Source of the DNA: Podarcis liolepis
Taxonomy: Eukaryota
Direction: 5' to 3' (one strand)
Length of the DNA: 64,000 bases
NCBI GenBank assembly: GCA_965112155.1
Contig: OZ218099.1
Shown here in pieces: positions 38,441-51,085 of this stretch. A program made the position numbers and the translations under genes. The notes under the pieces are model-generated. The model was not told where the DNA came from. It saw only the letters and a program-made list of their open reading frames with translations, and made no database searches. Positions within the stretch are counted from its first letter, which is position 1. Each line of letters begins with the position of its first letter.

Positions 38441-41400
38441 ATGTAGAAGAAGGAGAGAAGGAAACAGAGTCAGAAGAAGAAAACATGTTCTGCTTGCTTG
38501 CTTCCGGTGGTAACATCACACAACAAAGTTGGGTGAGGATCGTTATATTCATTCAAGTTGTTTATATCCTGTTTTTCAGGTGAACATTCTAAAGCAGTTT
38601 ACACAGAACTTCATATATGAAAACTATAATAAAAAGGCAGGAGACAAGCTACAGGGGGGGGAAAGGCCTTTTGAAAACTGTTCCCCTCAGGCAAAGATGG
38701 TTTGTGAGTAAACCTGTGATGGCAATTTAGGGTGCCAATAAAAAGTTGGCCATAGAAAGAGGAGGGATGGCTGGGCCAGGCCACTATTTAGGAGCTAAAT
38801 AATGGGCTGCCTGTTCTGTCTTCTCTCTCTCATTCGTCAGGGCAATATTAGGTAGCTCTGTGGTGGCAGCTGGGAGAGGAGAAACATCCCATCTGAAACA
38901 CAGGGAGCTAAAGGGTGGGCAGCTGTTCAAGCTTGTAAGATCTTTCCCCCTCAAAAACACGCCTGTTGCTGTTGCAGTTCAAGCTGGTGTGCATCAGGAG
39001 CCCTGTACAGTATTAAGGACACAAAACTCTTCTTAGCACTGCAAATTCTCTTTGCCCTCCTATAACCCAGACTGGGCCAAAGGGCAACCGTTAGGCAGGC
39101 TCCATCCACATGCTGCAAGCCTGTCCCCATTTTACATCTGCCAGACTCTGCAGGCTGCTGCATCCCTGCAGCCATAAAAGAGAGGAAGTTATCTTTTTAG
39201 TGCTTTGTACTCACCAGAGGGGATGCTCTGTACTATGGTCTAATTTTATTACGGCAATGTTGCCTCTGGAAGTACTGACTTTCTAACATGCTGTTAGGCT
39301 ACAGGGTGCCATGTCTTGATACAACTTCTTTTTTGGGGGGGGGGAAGCCTAAGGTTTTGTCTTCCTCTTATAGGTGGTCAGCCAAGAATGAGCAGCTGTT
39401 TTATGACTCATTAATTCTCTCTTATCTCTCCTGTGTATTGGAGGGACAGAAATTATAAGTTCTGGTTTCCTCTTACTTCAGTAGAACAGTCCATCTGTGA
39501 TTCCAGGCACTGTACATACATTATTGGCAATGGAGCTCTGCATCTTGGATGCCCATATGGGTGAGCCAGGGTCCTTCAAGGAACCACCCTGGGGAAAACA
39601 GTTCTTAATCCCCATCTTCCAGCAGTCACTAGTCATGAAATACAAGCTAAGCAATGTCTCTGTTGAGCTAGCCTTGTAAAAGCTGAATAAGAAAGCATCT
39701 AAAGACATACTAAAATATTATTATTGTTATTTAAATTTGTTAGTCATTTCTCCCCCACAAAACTGATCCAAGAGAACTAAGTGTTGGAGGGGCATTAAAT
39801 CCAAGCATAATTAAAAGGGACCTGACTCATTGTTGACAGATAAAGTTGTTCCTCTGTAATCTCCTGTTTTCCTAACACAGGGAGGATGTGTAACTGGATT
39901 GAATGATGGGGAGGGTGGAAGAAACTGTAACCACCATCCTTTGGGGTGGGGGCAGGACATTAAACTAAAGGAAGGTTCTTTGGGCTGCAAGCTGGCAATC
40001 CTAAACAGACTGAGGGTAGAAAGAGTCACTTACGGTAATTTTAAAGGCAATGAATGCCTTTGTATCTCTAACTTACGAAGTGTTTCCTCCATATTTGTGA
40101 GAGACTGGACTAGCAATTCCCATTTAAAAGGACAGGGCAATATTAATCTAATACTGACAATAGTATTCCTCTGCAGATGCAAAGATGACCTTAATATGAA
40201 GAAAACATACAGGCTTTGACTCTCCGTCTTTATGCAAAGTCTTTGCCATTGCTCCTTCCGACCGTGCCTTTAGGCACCAGCTAGCCCAGCTGCAGCTAAT
40301 ATAAAGAGTCACTCGTGTAGCAGTAAAGCAGCCAACGGGAGTGGAAGCAGTAATTGAATTGCTGTAGAGAGACATGACAGTGAAGCCTGGGGTTTATTTC
40401 TGCTAGGAGCTGGAGAGAATCAGGGCAGTCTGAGACAAAGCGTTCATGTAGCCTCGGGAACTAAAGGCCTAGTTTTTCATGGTTCTCAAGACATGCAAAG
40501 GTAAAGACCATGTACATTTTTCTAATTCAGGATCTTCCTCATTTCCAACCTAAGATATTAAAAAAATATATATCTCATGGCTGTCACTAAAGTCTGAAAT
40601 AGAATCATTTGTAGTTCTTTTTAATCAGTTCCTAGCACCTTGAGTGCTTCAGGTGGCCTCAAGCTTTTATGTTTGACTTGACTAATAAAAGAGTTCAGCT
40701 TTCAATGGAATTCCAAAACCAAATAATACCATTTAAGAAGCCAGTGTTTTGAGTATCTTCCACTTCTGTGCAATGTGCTGCAGTTATTAGAAATTTTAGT
40801 AATTCCTTAAATTTCACTTCCGAATTGTTACCTTCAAACACTTTTCTAAGAAGCAACTGAGGGGTAAATTAATTCACTTAAGATTGTCAGCATTTCTGGT
40901 CCAGCATTTCTTGTGTTAACAATCAAGCACTCCCTCCAAATATATACATGAGTTCTCCTACTCCTGCAATTTCTTCAATTTCTTGATAAATGCCTGCTTC
41001 CATATAACTAAGCTGTACTAGGTTTCTGAACTACCACGGCATTCTTTTAAGAGCATGGACCCTGACATGTGGACATGTTTGTTTCAGTGGTGCAAGTCTT
41101 TTCCCAAGCATTTTCATCTAATGTATGACCTAAGTCTGTCTCTCAATGCATCTAATGTTTCCATAGAAAGTCCTAGCAACCTAATGAGTATATTCAACAC
41201 CATGTCTATATGACACTGTTCTGTGTCCAAAATTATGTGTTTGAAGGCTGTTGGATATGAGGGGAGACCACAGAAGATGAAACAACTGGTCTTCTGTAAT
41301 CAACACAACAGGGAAGCAATTTCCATGCAGCTGAGGAAGTGTATGAAAGCTGACTCTGTTGTATAGTAACATCTTTGCTTATACTGGTCAACAGTAAACT

Positions 41401-41577
41401 ACTATTTTAGTTACATTTTCCATCTTACCTTGACTTTTCATCATATTATAGACAGGGTTGTTTTAAGGTTTGGCAGCAGTGAATTTCTCAATTTTGTCGC
41501 CAATGTAGTTTAAGGTTATTTCACTTCCTGCACACTGGGTTGCTGGTTATTATTTATAAATGATTATTAACACATAT

Positions 41578-42105
41578 TGTGCCAACAAAGGCCCATATAG
41601 GAGACAGCATCTTAAAAAGCAGAGGCATCACCTTGCCGACAAAGGTCCGTATAGTTAAGGCTATAGTTTTCCCAGTAGTGGTGTATGGAAGTGAGAGCTG
41701 GACCATAAAGAAGGCTGATCGCCGAAGAATTGATGCTTTTGAATTATGATGCTGGAGGAGACTCTTGAGAGTCCCATGGACTGCAAGAAGATCAAACCTA
41801 TCCATTCTGAAGGAAATCAGCCCTGAGGGCTCACTGGAAGGACAGATCCTGAAGCTGAGGCTCCAATACTTTGGCCACCTCATGAGAAGAGAAGACTCCC
41901 TGGAAAAGACCCTGATGTTGGGAAAGATGGAGGGCACAAGGAGAAGGGGACGACAGAGGACGAGATGGTTGGACAGTGTTCTCGAAGCTACAAGCATGAG
42001 TTTGACCAAACTGCGGGAGGCAGTGGACGACAGGAGTGCCTGGCGTGCTCTGGTCCATGGGGGCATGAAGAGTTGGACACGACTAAACGACTAAACGACA
42101 ACAAC
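41578..42105 (+). mobile_element. BovB (RTE clade) LINE, 5'-truncated
   Basis: DSILKSRGITLPTKVRIVKAIVFPVVVYGSESWTIKKADRRRIDAFEL*CWRRLLRVPWTARRSN..LQYFGHLMRREDSLEKTLMLGK..; (CAA)-type tail; 12-bp TSD ATTAACACATAT (41566-41577 and 42106-42117). Confidence 0.92.
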
Positions 42106-44235
42106 ATTAACACATATATTACCAAATGTGTTTCCAGGGTGCCTCAAATAATAAAATAAATAAATAAATACCAAAAAACATGAAAATAGTACAGTTTAGA
42201 AGAGCAGCATAAAGCAGTAGAAGGGCATATTAAATGTTTTTATTTTTTTAATGGAGCTAAGTTCATAAATGCTAATCTATTATTTGGCTGTGCCTGCCTC
42301 TTAAATACATGAATGTGATGGCATAATTTATTTATTAAAGTTTCCCCTAACCTTGACAGGATTGTATGCCATTCATTCTTCCTTTTTAGAGCTTTCTGGT
42401 GCTTATTTCTCAAGCCCAGTGTTATTTTAACATTGCATATAGGGCTGAGTCAATACTAAATGTCCTGTTTTAGTTCTTTCTAGTTGTTGAAAAAGCTTGT
42501 GTTGTGTATGTCAACAACTCTAACCAAAATTTCACTGTTTTTGTCTAAATCCTGAATACAAAGTGCTACTCACAGGAACTGTGGTGGAAGCCCCAATAAA
42601 TAACATCTTGGTTTGGTTAAAGATTTTGGTAATAGTGCCATTCTGGAACTAGAGCTTTATGCAAAGGAGTTGGACAAAGTTATGCAAAGGTTTTTGCATA
42701 ATTCTCATACCTAATCAATTAAAAATATGATTTTGCATACTAAAAAATGTGATTTGGGAGATCTGAGCAAATATTGCACTTATATTGCACTTATTTTATA
42801 CTGGAAAACAAAACTGGAAATCTTGATAACAATGTACTGATAAAAAGAAGAAACACCTCATTTGTCCTTCTAATTTTCATCAGTAGGTGGTGCTAGAAAT
42901 TTGTGCACTGGCTATTTCAGGCACATTTCTATTATTCAATGATGCCATCAATCTTTCTCCCAGATAAAGAAACTCACATTCATTGTGGGTATTTTTTGCA
43001 GGTGTCTCAATATTCTGCACACACAAATCTACACTCCTTTTTGAATTAGATTGTTAGGTTAAAAAAATGAATTGGGGGCAGGACAGAATATTCTGAACTC
43101 AAATTTGAAAGAAAGGCCCTTAGGATGAATTTGGGAATGCAAATAATGTGTCATTGCCCCCGAGAATAGGGTAATGCTATTAGCAAATGTTGGTGCTCAT
43201 GTGGATTCTGAGTACTATAACCCCTTTCCAACAACCCCTCTTTTTTAACATTTACAATTACAATAAAAAAAGTTAAGGAAGGTTATCTTCCCATGTCCTT
43301 TACTTCATCAGCAGACATAGGGAAATATAACAGTTCCCAAAGAACCGATTCCAACTTGAACTTGTGAATCAGCAATGTTTACGAACCCAGATGACTGCAA
43401 GACAAGTGATGCTCTTTAGAATGAAAAAAGAAAGAAATTCTTCCATTTCATCAGCTCATCTTTTCCTTTTCATCTTAATTGGCTCATCCTTCCATTTTTC
43501 TTTTTTGCCTGCTGTGTGATCAAATGAAATAAAGGCAAGAAATATCAATTTTTACAAGACAATAAAATAAAATGGAAGTTAGCCACAGTAAAGTGAAAAT
43601 TTAATCTAGTGTGGATTATGATGAGCAAAGGAAGCCCAACACATTGAGGACTACAGAGACCCATGAAAATCTCGTAAAAATTTGAGCTGGTCCCAGTAAA
43701 ATGCATGACTTGTCTTTACAAAGTCTTACTCTACCAGATTCTGTGTATAAAATGGATTTGATTGTGTAATATAATCACAACAAGCAGAGGGGCTTGTACT
43801 TCAAATGGAGGTACACACATTTCTAAAAATGCTGGATGCCAGTGACTGAATGCAGTGGTGGACAAAGTGCAGGCACGCTAAATTGTTCTTTACCCAGCAG
43901 ATTCAAAAATATTGGTCTAAATGCAATGCTGCTTCTCTGAGATGCAACTGTAGAATAAAGGGGAGAACAGTTTAGCTAAGAATTTATAGAAAAGAGTTCT
44001 GATTACTGACATTTTGATTGGAAATAATGGCCAGAAGGCTGTAATTGAAAAGCTAATATATTTGGATTATAATTTATCACTGATGGGTTCCTCATCAGTC
44101 ATACTGACAGTGCAACAATTGTCCATTAGGCATTCACTGAGCTATTTTTTTAAACCAAAGCTTGCATTCATTATATGCTTAATACTAAATATTCATTTTA
44201 TCTTCTAGTTCTTTCAAACAATGAAAGTTGAAATG

Positions 44236-44367
44236 CATGGGTCCACTCAGAGTAGACCCATGCTGGTCCACTCAGAGTAGACCCATTGAAATTAATGGAC
44301 AGAACTAACTTAAGTCTATTAAGTCCAACAGGGCTACTTTGAGTAGAGCTTAGTTGGATACTATCCT
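44236..44367. mobile_element. Old palindromic MITE-like element with a local tandem duplication
   Basis: GGTCCACTCAGAGTAGACCCAT occurs twice; ACTCAGAGTAG pairs imperfectly with CTACTTTGAGT downstream. Confidence 0.5.
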
Positions 44368-44532
44368 ATGGATCCATGTTCTATTTAAAAAAGTTTTAGT
44401 TTCATTGCTATAAGCATAGGCAGCTACTGTGCAGTCCATTGTAAAATATAAATATTTGGTGGTTTGGTGTGTGTTGTTGTTGTTTTTTTTTTTTGCATGG
44501 GAGTTATCTGAAAGGGCAACAAAGTAAAATAC

Positions 44533-44678
44533 CTTGGGAGGACTCTCCTTTGATGGAGGTTTCTAAGCAGACATTAGATGGTTATCTGCCAGGGATGCTT
44601 TAGTTGAGATTACTGCATTGTATGAGGTTGGACTAGATGACCCTTGGGCTCCCTTCCAACTCAACGATTCTGTGATTC
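44533..44678 (+). mobile_element. Degenerate CR1 3' end
   Basis: GGACTCTCCT..TGGAGGTT..AAGCAGA..GGTTGGACTAGATGACCCTTGGG..CCCTTCCAACTC..GATTCTGTGATTC. Confidence 0.75.
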
Positions 44679-45165
44679 CATTAGTACACAGTGTGACAAA
44701 GGTATCATAAAAATAATGTGATCATTATAAACCACTAGCTGAAATGATCACAACATTTGTGATCATTTCAGCTTCTGATTATGATGGTTCTCTCTGCCTT
44801 GTCTTGGTTCATTTACCTGAAATGTGTACTACAAAAGCAATTATTACTGCCATTAAACAATATTGTATTATCGTAACCATACTTGTATAATATACAACAA
44901 GTATACTTGTTGGCTTGCATATTGCCTGTTTGTTTTTCTTCAAAGAAATCCAGCAGCGATCGAGGGAAGTTAAGGTGCAAAGTTAGACCTGAATCCTAAG
45001 AAGGTTTCCCTTTGTTTCTTATGTTGTACAAGTAAGAATAGCATTATGACCAATTTGCAGAGCAAAATAATTGCACCCTGCATTCAGATACTTGAGACAC
45101 ACCTGAATGGTGTCCTAGCGGTATGGGAGCAGCTTTCCAGGGAGCGGTTCCCACAACCCCACAAG

Positions 45166-45356
45166 GAGACCAGTCATAGTTCAGTGGCAGAGCACAAGCT
45201 CTGCATACAAAGGATCCCAGGCTCAGTCCTTGGCATCTTCAGGTAGGCCCAAGAAAGACTCGATTTAAATCCTATTGAGCCACTGTCATTCATAGTAGAT
45301 AATACTGATCTAAATCGGTCAAAGTTCTGACTCAGTATAAGACAGCTTCCTATGTT
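45166..45356 (+). mobile_element. Old tRNA-derived SINE
   Basis: tRNA-like head CATAGTTCAGTGGCAGAGCA..CCAGGCTCAGTCCTTGGCATCT and 3' end CTGACTCAGTATAAGACAGCTTCCTATGT. Confidence 0.6.
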
Positions 45357-45479
45357 TAAATGCCTTAAACAGACCATAAAGTGTAATGATTTGCTAACCC
45401 TTTAAAATCCAACCTTTGAGAAAAGATTAAAGGTTTTATTGTTTATTTATTTGATTTATCAAGTATTTGATTTATTTTT

Positions 45480-46160
45480 TGTTTATATGGTTAAACCACC
45501 TAATTCATAAGAAAGCTATTGTGATGGTGGTGGTGGGCACCAAAAAAGTACAACCACTATTGATAAAATCATAACTAGAACCAAATGACTAACAATAAAC
45601 AGAATTAATTATCTAAAACATTTGAGAAATTAAAATGTTTTCAACGGATGACAAAACATCAGAATTGTAGGTGTCCATCTAATTTCAATAAGATCAGTGC
45701 CACTACGCTGAAACCCTTGAATCAAGTAGAAGATAAAGGAATATGTGGCTTCTCTAGATGATCACAGTGATCTGGCTGGTGTATAAGGCAGTCTTTCAGG
45801 TAACCTGTTCCTTTAAACACAAATAATAATACCTTGAGCTTAGCCATTGCAGTTTCCAGTAATATGCTGATGCAGAGCTGTTCCAGGGTGCAGCATTCAG
45901 CAGCATCTGTAATTTCTGAACCAGCCTCAAGGGTAGGTCCATGTCGAGCACACAACAGTAGTCCCATCTAGAGGTTACTAAGGCCTGCAACACTATGGCC
46001 AAACTCTCCCTGCCCAGAAACAGCCAATGCTGGAAGGAAGCATTCCTGACCACTGAGGATACGTCTACCTCCCAAGCTATGTACATGCTCCTTCAGGAAG
46101 GGAGCAACCCCATTAAGAACAGGCAACTGGTCTATTTCCTGAACCTGGGAGCTCCTCACC
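45480..46160 (-). mobile_element. Degenerate L2 fragment
   Basis: Minus-strand translations PVLNGVAPFLKEHVHSLG and LQALVTSRWDYC..LPLRLVQKLQMLLNAA resemble L2 ORF2. Confidence 0.75.
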
Positions 46161-46624
46161 CACAAGGCTTCTTCCTCTCGTCTTCATTTTATGATTGCTA
46201 CTTCCTCGTGTATTTTTTTTTAATAACTTAAAAAAACCCTGAGTGTAATTTTGAAAAACATGGTGTTGTGCATTTATCCGTGCATCATTTGTTTTGTGAA
46301 TTGTTGGGTGTTGACAAATGTCATGAGTTAAACTCCCACTCATTCTAAGAAGGACTCGTGTATTTAGATAAAAAGTACACTTTCATGGCTGGTTGTGATC
46401 AAGGGCACAATCTGAAAATACAAGTTACTGAAAGGATTTGAATTTAACTGTGATCGTTTCTGTGTAAGGCCCAATTTAAAAAATCTCCTGGTCTTGTTTT
46501 GCAGATCAATACGGACACCTATTACAAGATACCTGTTTGGATTTTAACACTCTCAAGCATCACCTCCACTGCTATTTTAACAATCCCATCAAGCTTTGGT
46601 TGGGTAGTCAACAGCCGCAAAGCT

Positions 46625-46648
46625 GCTGTCCACGTGGACTGGTGCTGA
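46625..46648 (-). promoter_or_regulatory. Non-canonical REST RE1/NRSE (9-nt spacer) overlapping a palindromic E-box
   Basis: Minus strand TCAGCACC-AGTCCACGT-GGACAGC: both half-sites match consensus; 12-bp palindrome GTCCACGTGGAC at 46628-46639. Confidence 0.55.
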
Positions 46649-46694
46649 CATTTCTCGTCCAGCTGCGAGAGCCTCTCCATCTAAACCTAGAGAC

Positions 46695-46932
46695 ATGGCA
46701 ACAAATGGAACAAAAGTAGCTGATGGACAAATCTCCACAGAACTCAGTGATGCCTCAATCACCAATGACAAGCCTAAGACACTCGTGGTCAAGGTGCAGA
46801 AGAAAAAAGGAGATATTCCAGACAGAGACACCTGGAAGGGGAAATTTGACTTTCTTATGTCCTGTGTTGGCTATGCGATTGGCTTAGGAAATGTTTGGCG
46901 GTTTCCATACCTTTGTGGAAAAAATGGAGGAG
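46695..46932 (+). CDS. SLC6A1: GABA transporter GAT-1, coding exon 1 (238 nt)
   Basis: [55 protein letters not shown]; GAT-1-specific N-terminus and TM1; GT donor at 46933; likely upstream acceptor TTTTGCAG ending 46504. Confidence 0.97.
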
Positions 46933-47786
46933 GTACTTATTTCAGTTTATGTAATTAAGTGCTAAATATTTTTTATCAGAATCCACTACTTCCTGTTAAG
47001 CAGAGAAGGGAGAGCAGGCTGAAGTTCTTAACACAGGTCTTTCAAACTGCATGATAATGCTTTTTGGAAAGGCACGCTAAACAGATTTTACTACTTGCAC
47101 ACTGGATTCCTTGGCCATGATAGCCGATCACTTCAGTGAAGGATGACAATCGATGTATTTTGAGTTCCCATCTGGTTGGTTTGGAAGGCAGCAGAACACT
47201 TTCCCTATTCTTCATTTGGAGGAGAGCAAAGAGGCTCACAGGGACTGCTCTGCTGATTCTTTGCCTCGTCCCATTCAGAGTGCCACCATGATATACTATT
47301 ATATTTGGCGACAGCCACAGCAGCTAGGTTTTAGGAAAAGGATATGCCTTGTGTACTATGAGAACATCTGCTTTTGCCTTTATCAGGAAAGCAGTCTCTT
47401 CCAGACTAATATGGCACCAAAAAGCCAGGTTCTGCAGCCAGGTCAAGGTTATGTCAGGGTGCTCAGTAGCAAGAGTAACTCATTCTTGCTGTGACACAAA
47501 GCAAGACCTTCGTGGTGGTATTAATTGCTGGTGAAGGCTGTCTGCTCCTATAATAAAAAAAGAGCAGAAACTCATCTGCAAACATTCTTTGTAACATGTG
47601 ACTCAGCTCACACTGCAAAACAGCAAAGCATATCCCTAACCATGCATATGATTAGGGCAATAGTATCAGAGGAGACCTAGAGCAACTAGGTCACAAATAG
47701 TGTTCATTTGCTTTCTGCTGCATTTAAAGGAAAAAAATGAATGTTGAATTCTTGCTTAATGATACATATGTTGGTTTTCAGTATAA

Positions 47787-47957
<171 letters not shown>

Positions 47958-48444
47958 TAAATACAATGCTATTAATACCATAGTAGGTGTTAACATTCAG
48001 GTCATTCTTTTACCAATTTAATATTGGCCCACTTTTTCTGGACTAAGAATTCAAAGTTATTTAAGTATATTAAAAGATGCACCAAACCAATAAATATTTA
48101 TTGCAAAAGAAATAATAAAATGATAACATAACTCTGAAATTGCACTTTTACAACAAGCCAGTATAAACACTGTCTATATGAGAAAAATAGACCGAATAAC
48201 CAGATAGTTCTGCAATTTAATCCCAGGCATCTCCACCTTTTATCCTATTTTTCTTTCCATACACATCTCTTGACTATGGCCAGTGTTGCAATGTGTTATC
48301 CTCAGTCTCAATTTCTCAGTATATTGTTTCCAGCTGTAGGCTGGCTAAACATTCAGAACCCTTATTTCATTTGGCAACAGAACACTGCTTTCTAATGAGG
48401 CACTCTCTTTCCTTTGCCCAACAACCCTAATTTGCTTACTTGTA

Positions 48445-48859
48445 CAGTGGTGCCCCACAAGACGAAATTAATTCGTTCCGCAATTTTTGTTGTCTAGCGA
48501 ATTTTTCGTCTTGCGAATCACGAAATCCCATAGGAATGCATTGAAAATCAATTAATGCGTTCCTATGGTCAAAAAAAGTCCAAACAAAGCCAAATTTGGT
48601 ACAACAACAGTTTATTAACTGCTCTTTAAAGTCACACATACTGTAAAGAGCAGTTCAAAAATTTAAGGGAAAATAAATTAACTTTATAAACAAAACATGT
48701 CTTTGTTTTTAGACAAAGAAAAAAAAGTCGCGAGACGTTTTCGTCTTGCGAAGCAAGCCCATAGGGAAATTCGTCTTGCGAGGCAAATCGAAAAAGGAAA
48801 AACCTTTCGTCTAGCGAGTTTTTTGTCTTGCGAGGCATTCGTCTTGCAAGGTACCACTG
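48445..48859. mobile_element. Tigger-like MITE (family B)
   Basis: TA-CAGTGGTGCC...GGTACCACTG-TA; repeated TTCGTCTTGCGA motifs; paralogue at 55928. Confidence 0.85.
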
Positions 48860-49180
48860 TAGTGTACATTTCTTGTGATATCTCTTCCCCCTTCACGTGG
48901 TTGCTCCCTGCCCATAGCAAAAGGGTTATCTGACTTTGTAGAAACATAAACTGAAAGTGTAGTTTTTTTGTGTTACTCTTCAACCCTCATTAAGAAGACT
49001 GATACCTCAAACTGCAGTTCACGTAACCACTACTTTCTCATAACCATTTTCATCTTAGTATAAGTGCGCAAAAACACATAGCAATTTTGTCTTATTTAGG
49101 TTTACATCCCTCCAAATGTACTTATTATTGTTATATTCTGAAACTCTACTGCTAAGAATATGAGTCCTAAAATGCTCTGA

Positions 49181-49324
<144 letters not shown>

Positions 49325-50039
49325 TAAAAAACCCTCACTCCTCTCATCAATCCCTCACCAACTTCTTCACAAGTTACTTTACTTACCTAATGGACAAATC
49401 ATTTCAGCTTCTCCTTTCTGTTGCATAGGGAAATGATTTAAATTGGATGAACTTGAAAACTGGAGAACAACAGTTGTGTATGGACATAGATTAGGACCTA
49501 ATAGCGTTGCTAGGAAGTCATGCTGATTCCTTGACCACTAAAAGTTCCACCCATAGCATTTTGAGATTCTATTATTCCAACAGGTATTATAATGTTTTGG
49601 TCCATAAAACACATCATGGCAACATACTGGCGTAATATATAGCTTTAATTTCCAGAGGCAGCCAGAAGTTCATATAGCAATGGCCTTCCTCTATTCCACA
49701 GGTCCATATATTTATTTTTAACTATTTCTTTACTGTCTCTCACATCAACCTTGAGGTGGAATACATCTATTTCAAAACTTTAGGGCATGTTCACGTATAA
49801 CCAACCACTCCACCCTGCCTACCGAATGATGGTGGCAAAGAAAGCTTACTTCTCCACTACCATTACATCTGCAAGTAGTCACCCAAAAGAGTTTTTTCAA
49901 GTGGTGAATGGTGTTGTGGTTTTTTTGTGTGTGTGTGGTTTTTTTGCTTAATCTGGACAAGCTTCTTGAAGAACTGCCCCCTTGACTCTTGCACATCTTA
50001 TCTTCTTTGAGTGAGCCATAGAAGGTTAATTAGGTGGGC

Positions 50040-51085
50040 CTAGGGAGTGATTAATGCTTTACTGAAAGAGGCATTGGTTGGGTCCCTCCTTAAGAAGACC
50101 TCCCTGCACCCAGGGACCATACCCTTGATATGCTTGAGAAGGTAGTGGTGGTCCAACTTCAGGGATGCTAGGAGGAAACCGATTCCTTGGATCCATTCCA
50201 ATCTGGCCTCAGGCCTAACCATGGCACTATAACTGCCTCGGTTGCCCTAGTTGATCACATTTTTGGAGAGAAAGATAGAGGGTGTGTGACCCTGCTAATT
50301 CTTAATCTTTTAGCAGCTTTTGATACTGTTGGCCACAGTATCACTCTGGAGCATCTCAGGGAGGTTGGGGGCACTGTACTTCAGTGGTTCCACTTCTACC
50401 TCCAGGACCATTTCCAGAAAGTCATTATGAGAGGCTACTATTTGGTGTCATGGAAGTTTTCTGTCGTTTCCCACAGGGTCCCATCTTGTCTCCCATGTTA
50501 TTTAATGTCTACATGAAGTCTCTGGGAGTTGTCATCAGGAGATTTGGAGTGAAGTGTCCTTAATGTGTAGATGACACCCAGCACTATCTCTTTGTTCCAA
50601 CTGAATCAGGAGAGACAGTTGAGATGTTAAACCTGTGCTTGGAGACAGTGACAGGCTGGATGTAATCCAATAAATTGAAGCTGAATTCAGAAAATACAGA
50701 GCTGTTATGCATCCTGAGTTCTCACATCCAGGAGCTGAGAAGGACAGCCTGTTCTGGATGGGTTGCACTTCCATGGAAGGAGCAGGTCCACAGTTTAAGG
50801 GTTCTTCTGGATTCTGCTTGTCAATGGAGGCTCAACTGGCCTAAGAGGCTAGGAGTGCCTTTTTACAGCTCTGGCTGGACCACAAGCTGCAGCTCCTTTT
50901 GGACAGAGATGATGATTTGGCTATGATATTCCAGGTTCTGGTAATTTTCAAACAAGGAACTCTTTATGCGACTGCCTTTGAAGATGGCTTGGAAACTTCA
51001 ATTGGTCCAAAAATGCAACAGCCAGATGGCTGGCTGGGGTTCCATTTAGATTTCACACAACCCATGTTTTTAAACAGCTGCATAA
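50040..51085 (+). mobile_element. Degenerate L2 LINE reverse transcriptase fragment
   Basis: LDPFQSGLRPNHGTITASVALVDH..LLILNLLAAFDTVGH..GGTVLQWFHFYL; KLNSENTELL; LPWKEQVHSLRVLLDS; multiple frameshifts. Confidence 0.85.

Noticed and set aside
41554-42066. 170-aa minus-strand ORF
   Set aside because: Antisense shadow of the BovB ORF.
42657-42795. Short direct and inverted repeats (TTATGCAAAGG twice; ATATTGCACTT twice)
   Set aside because: Ordinary slippage micro-duplications.
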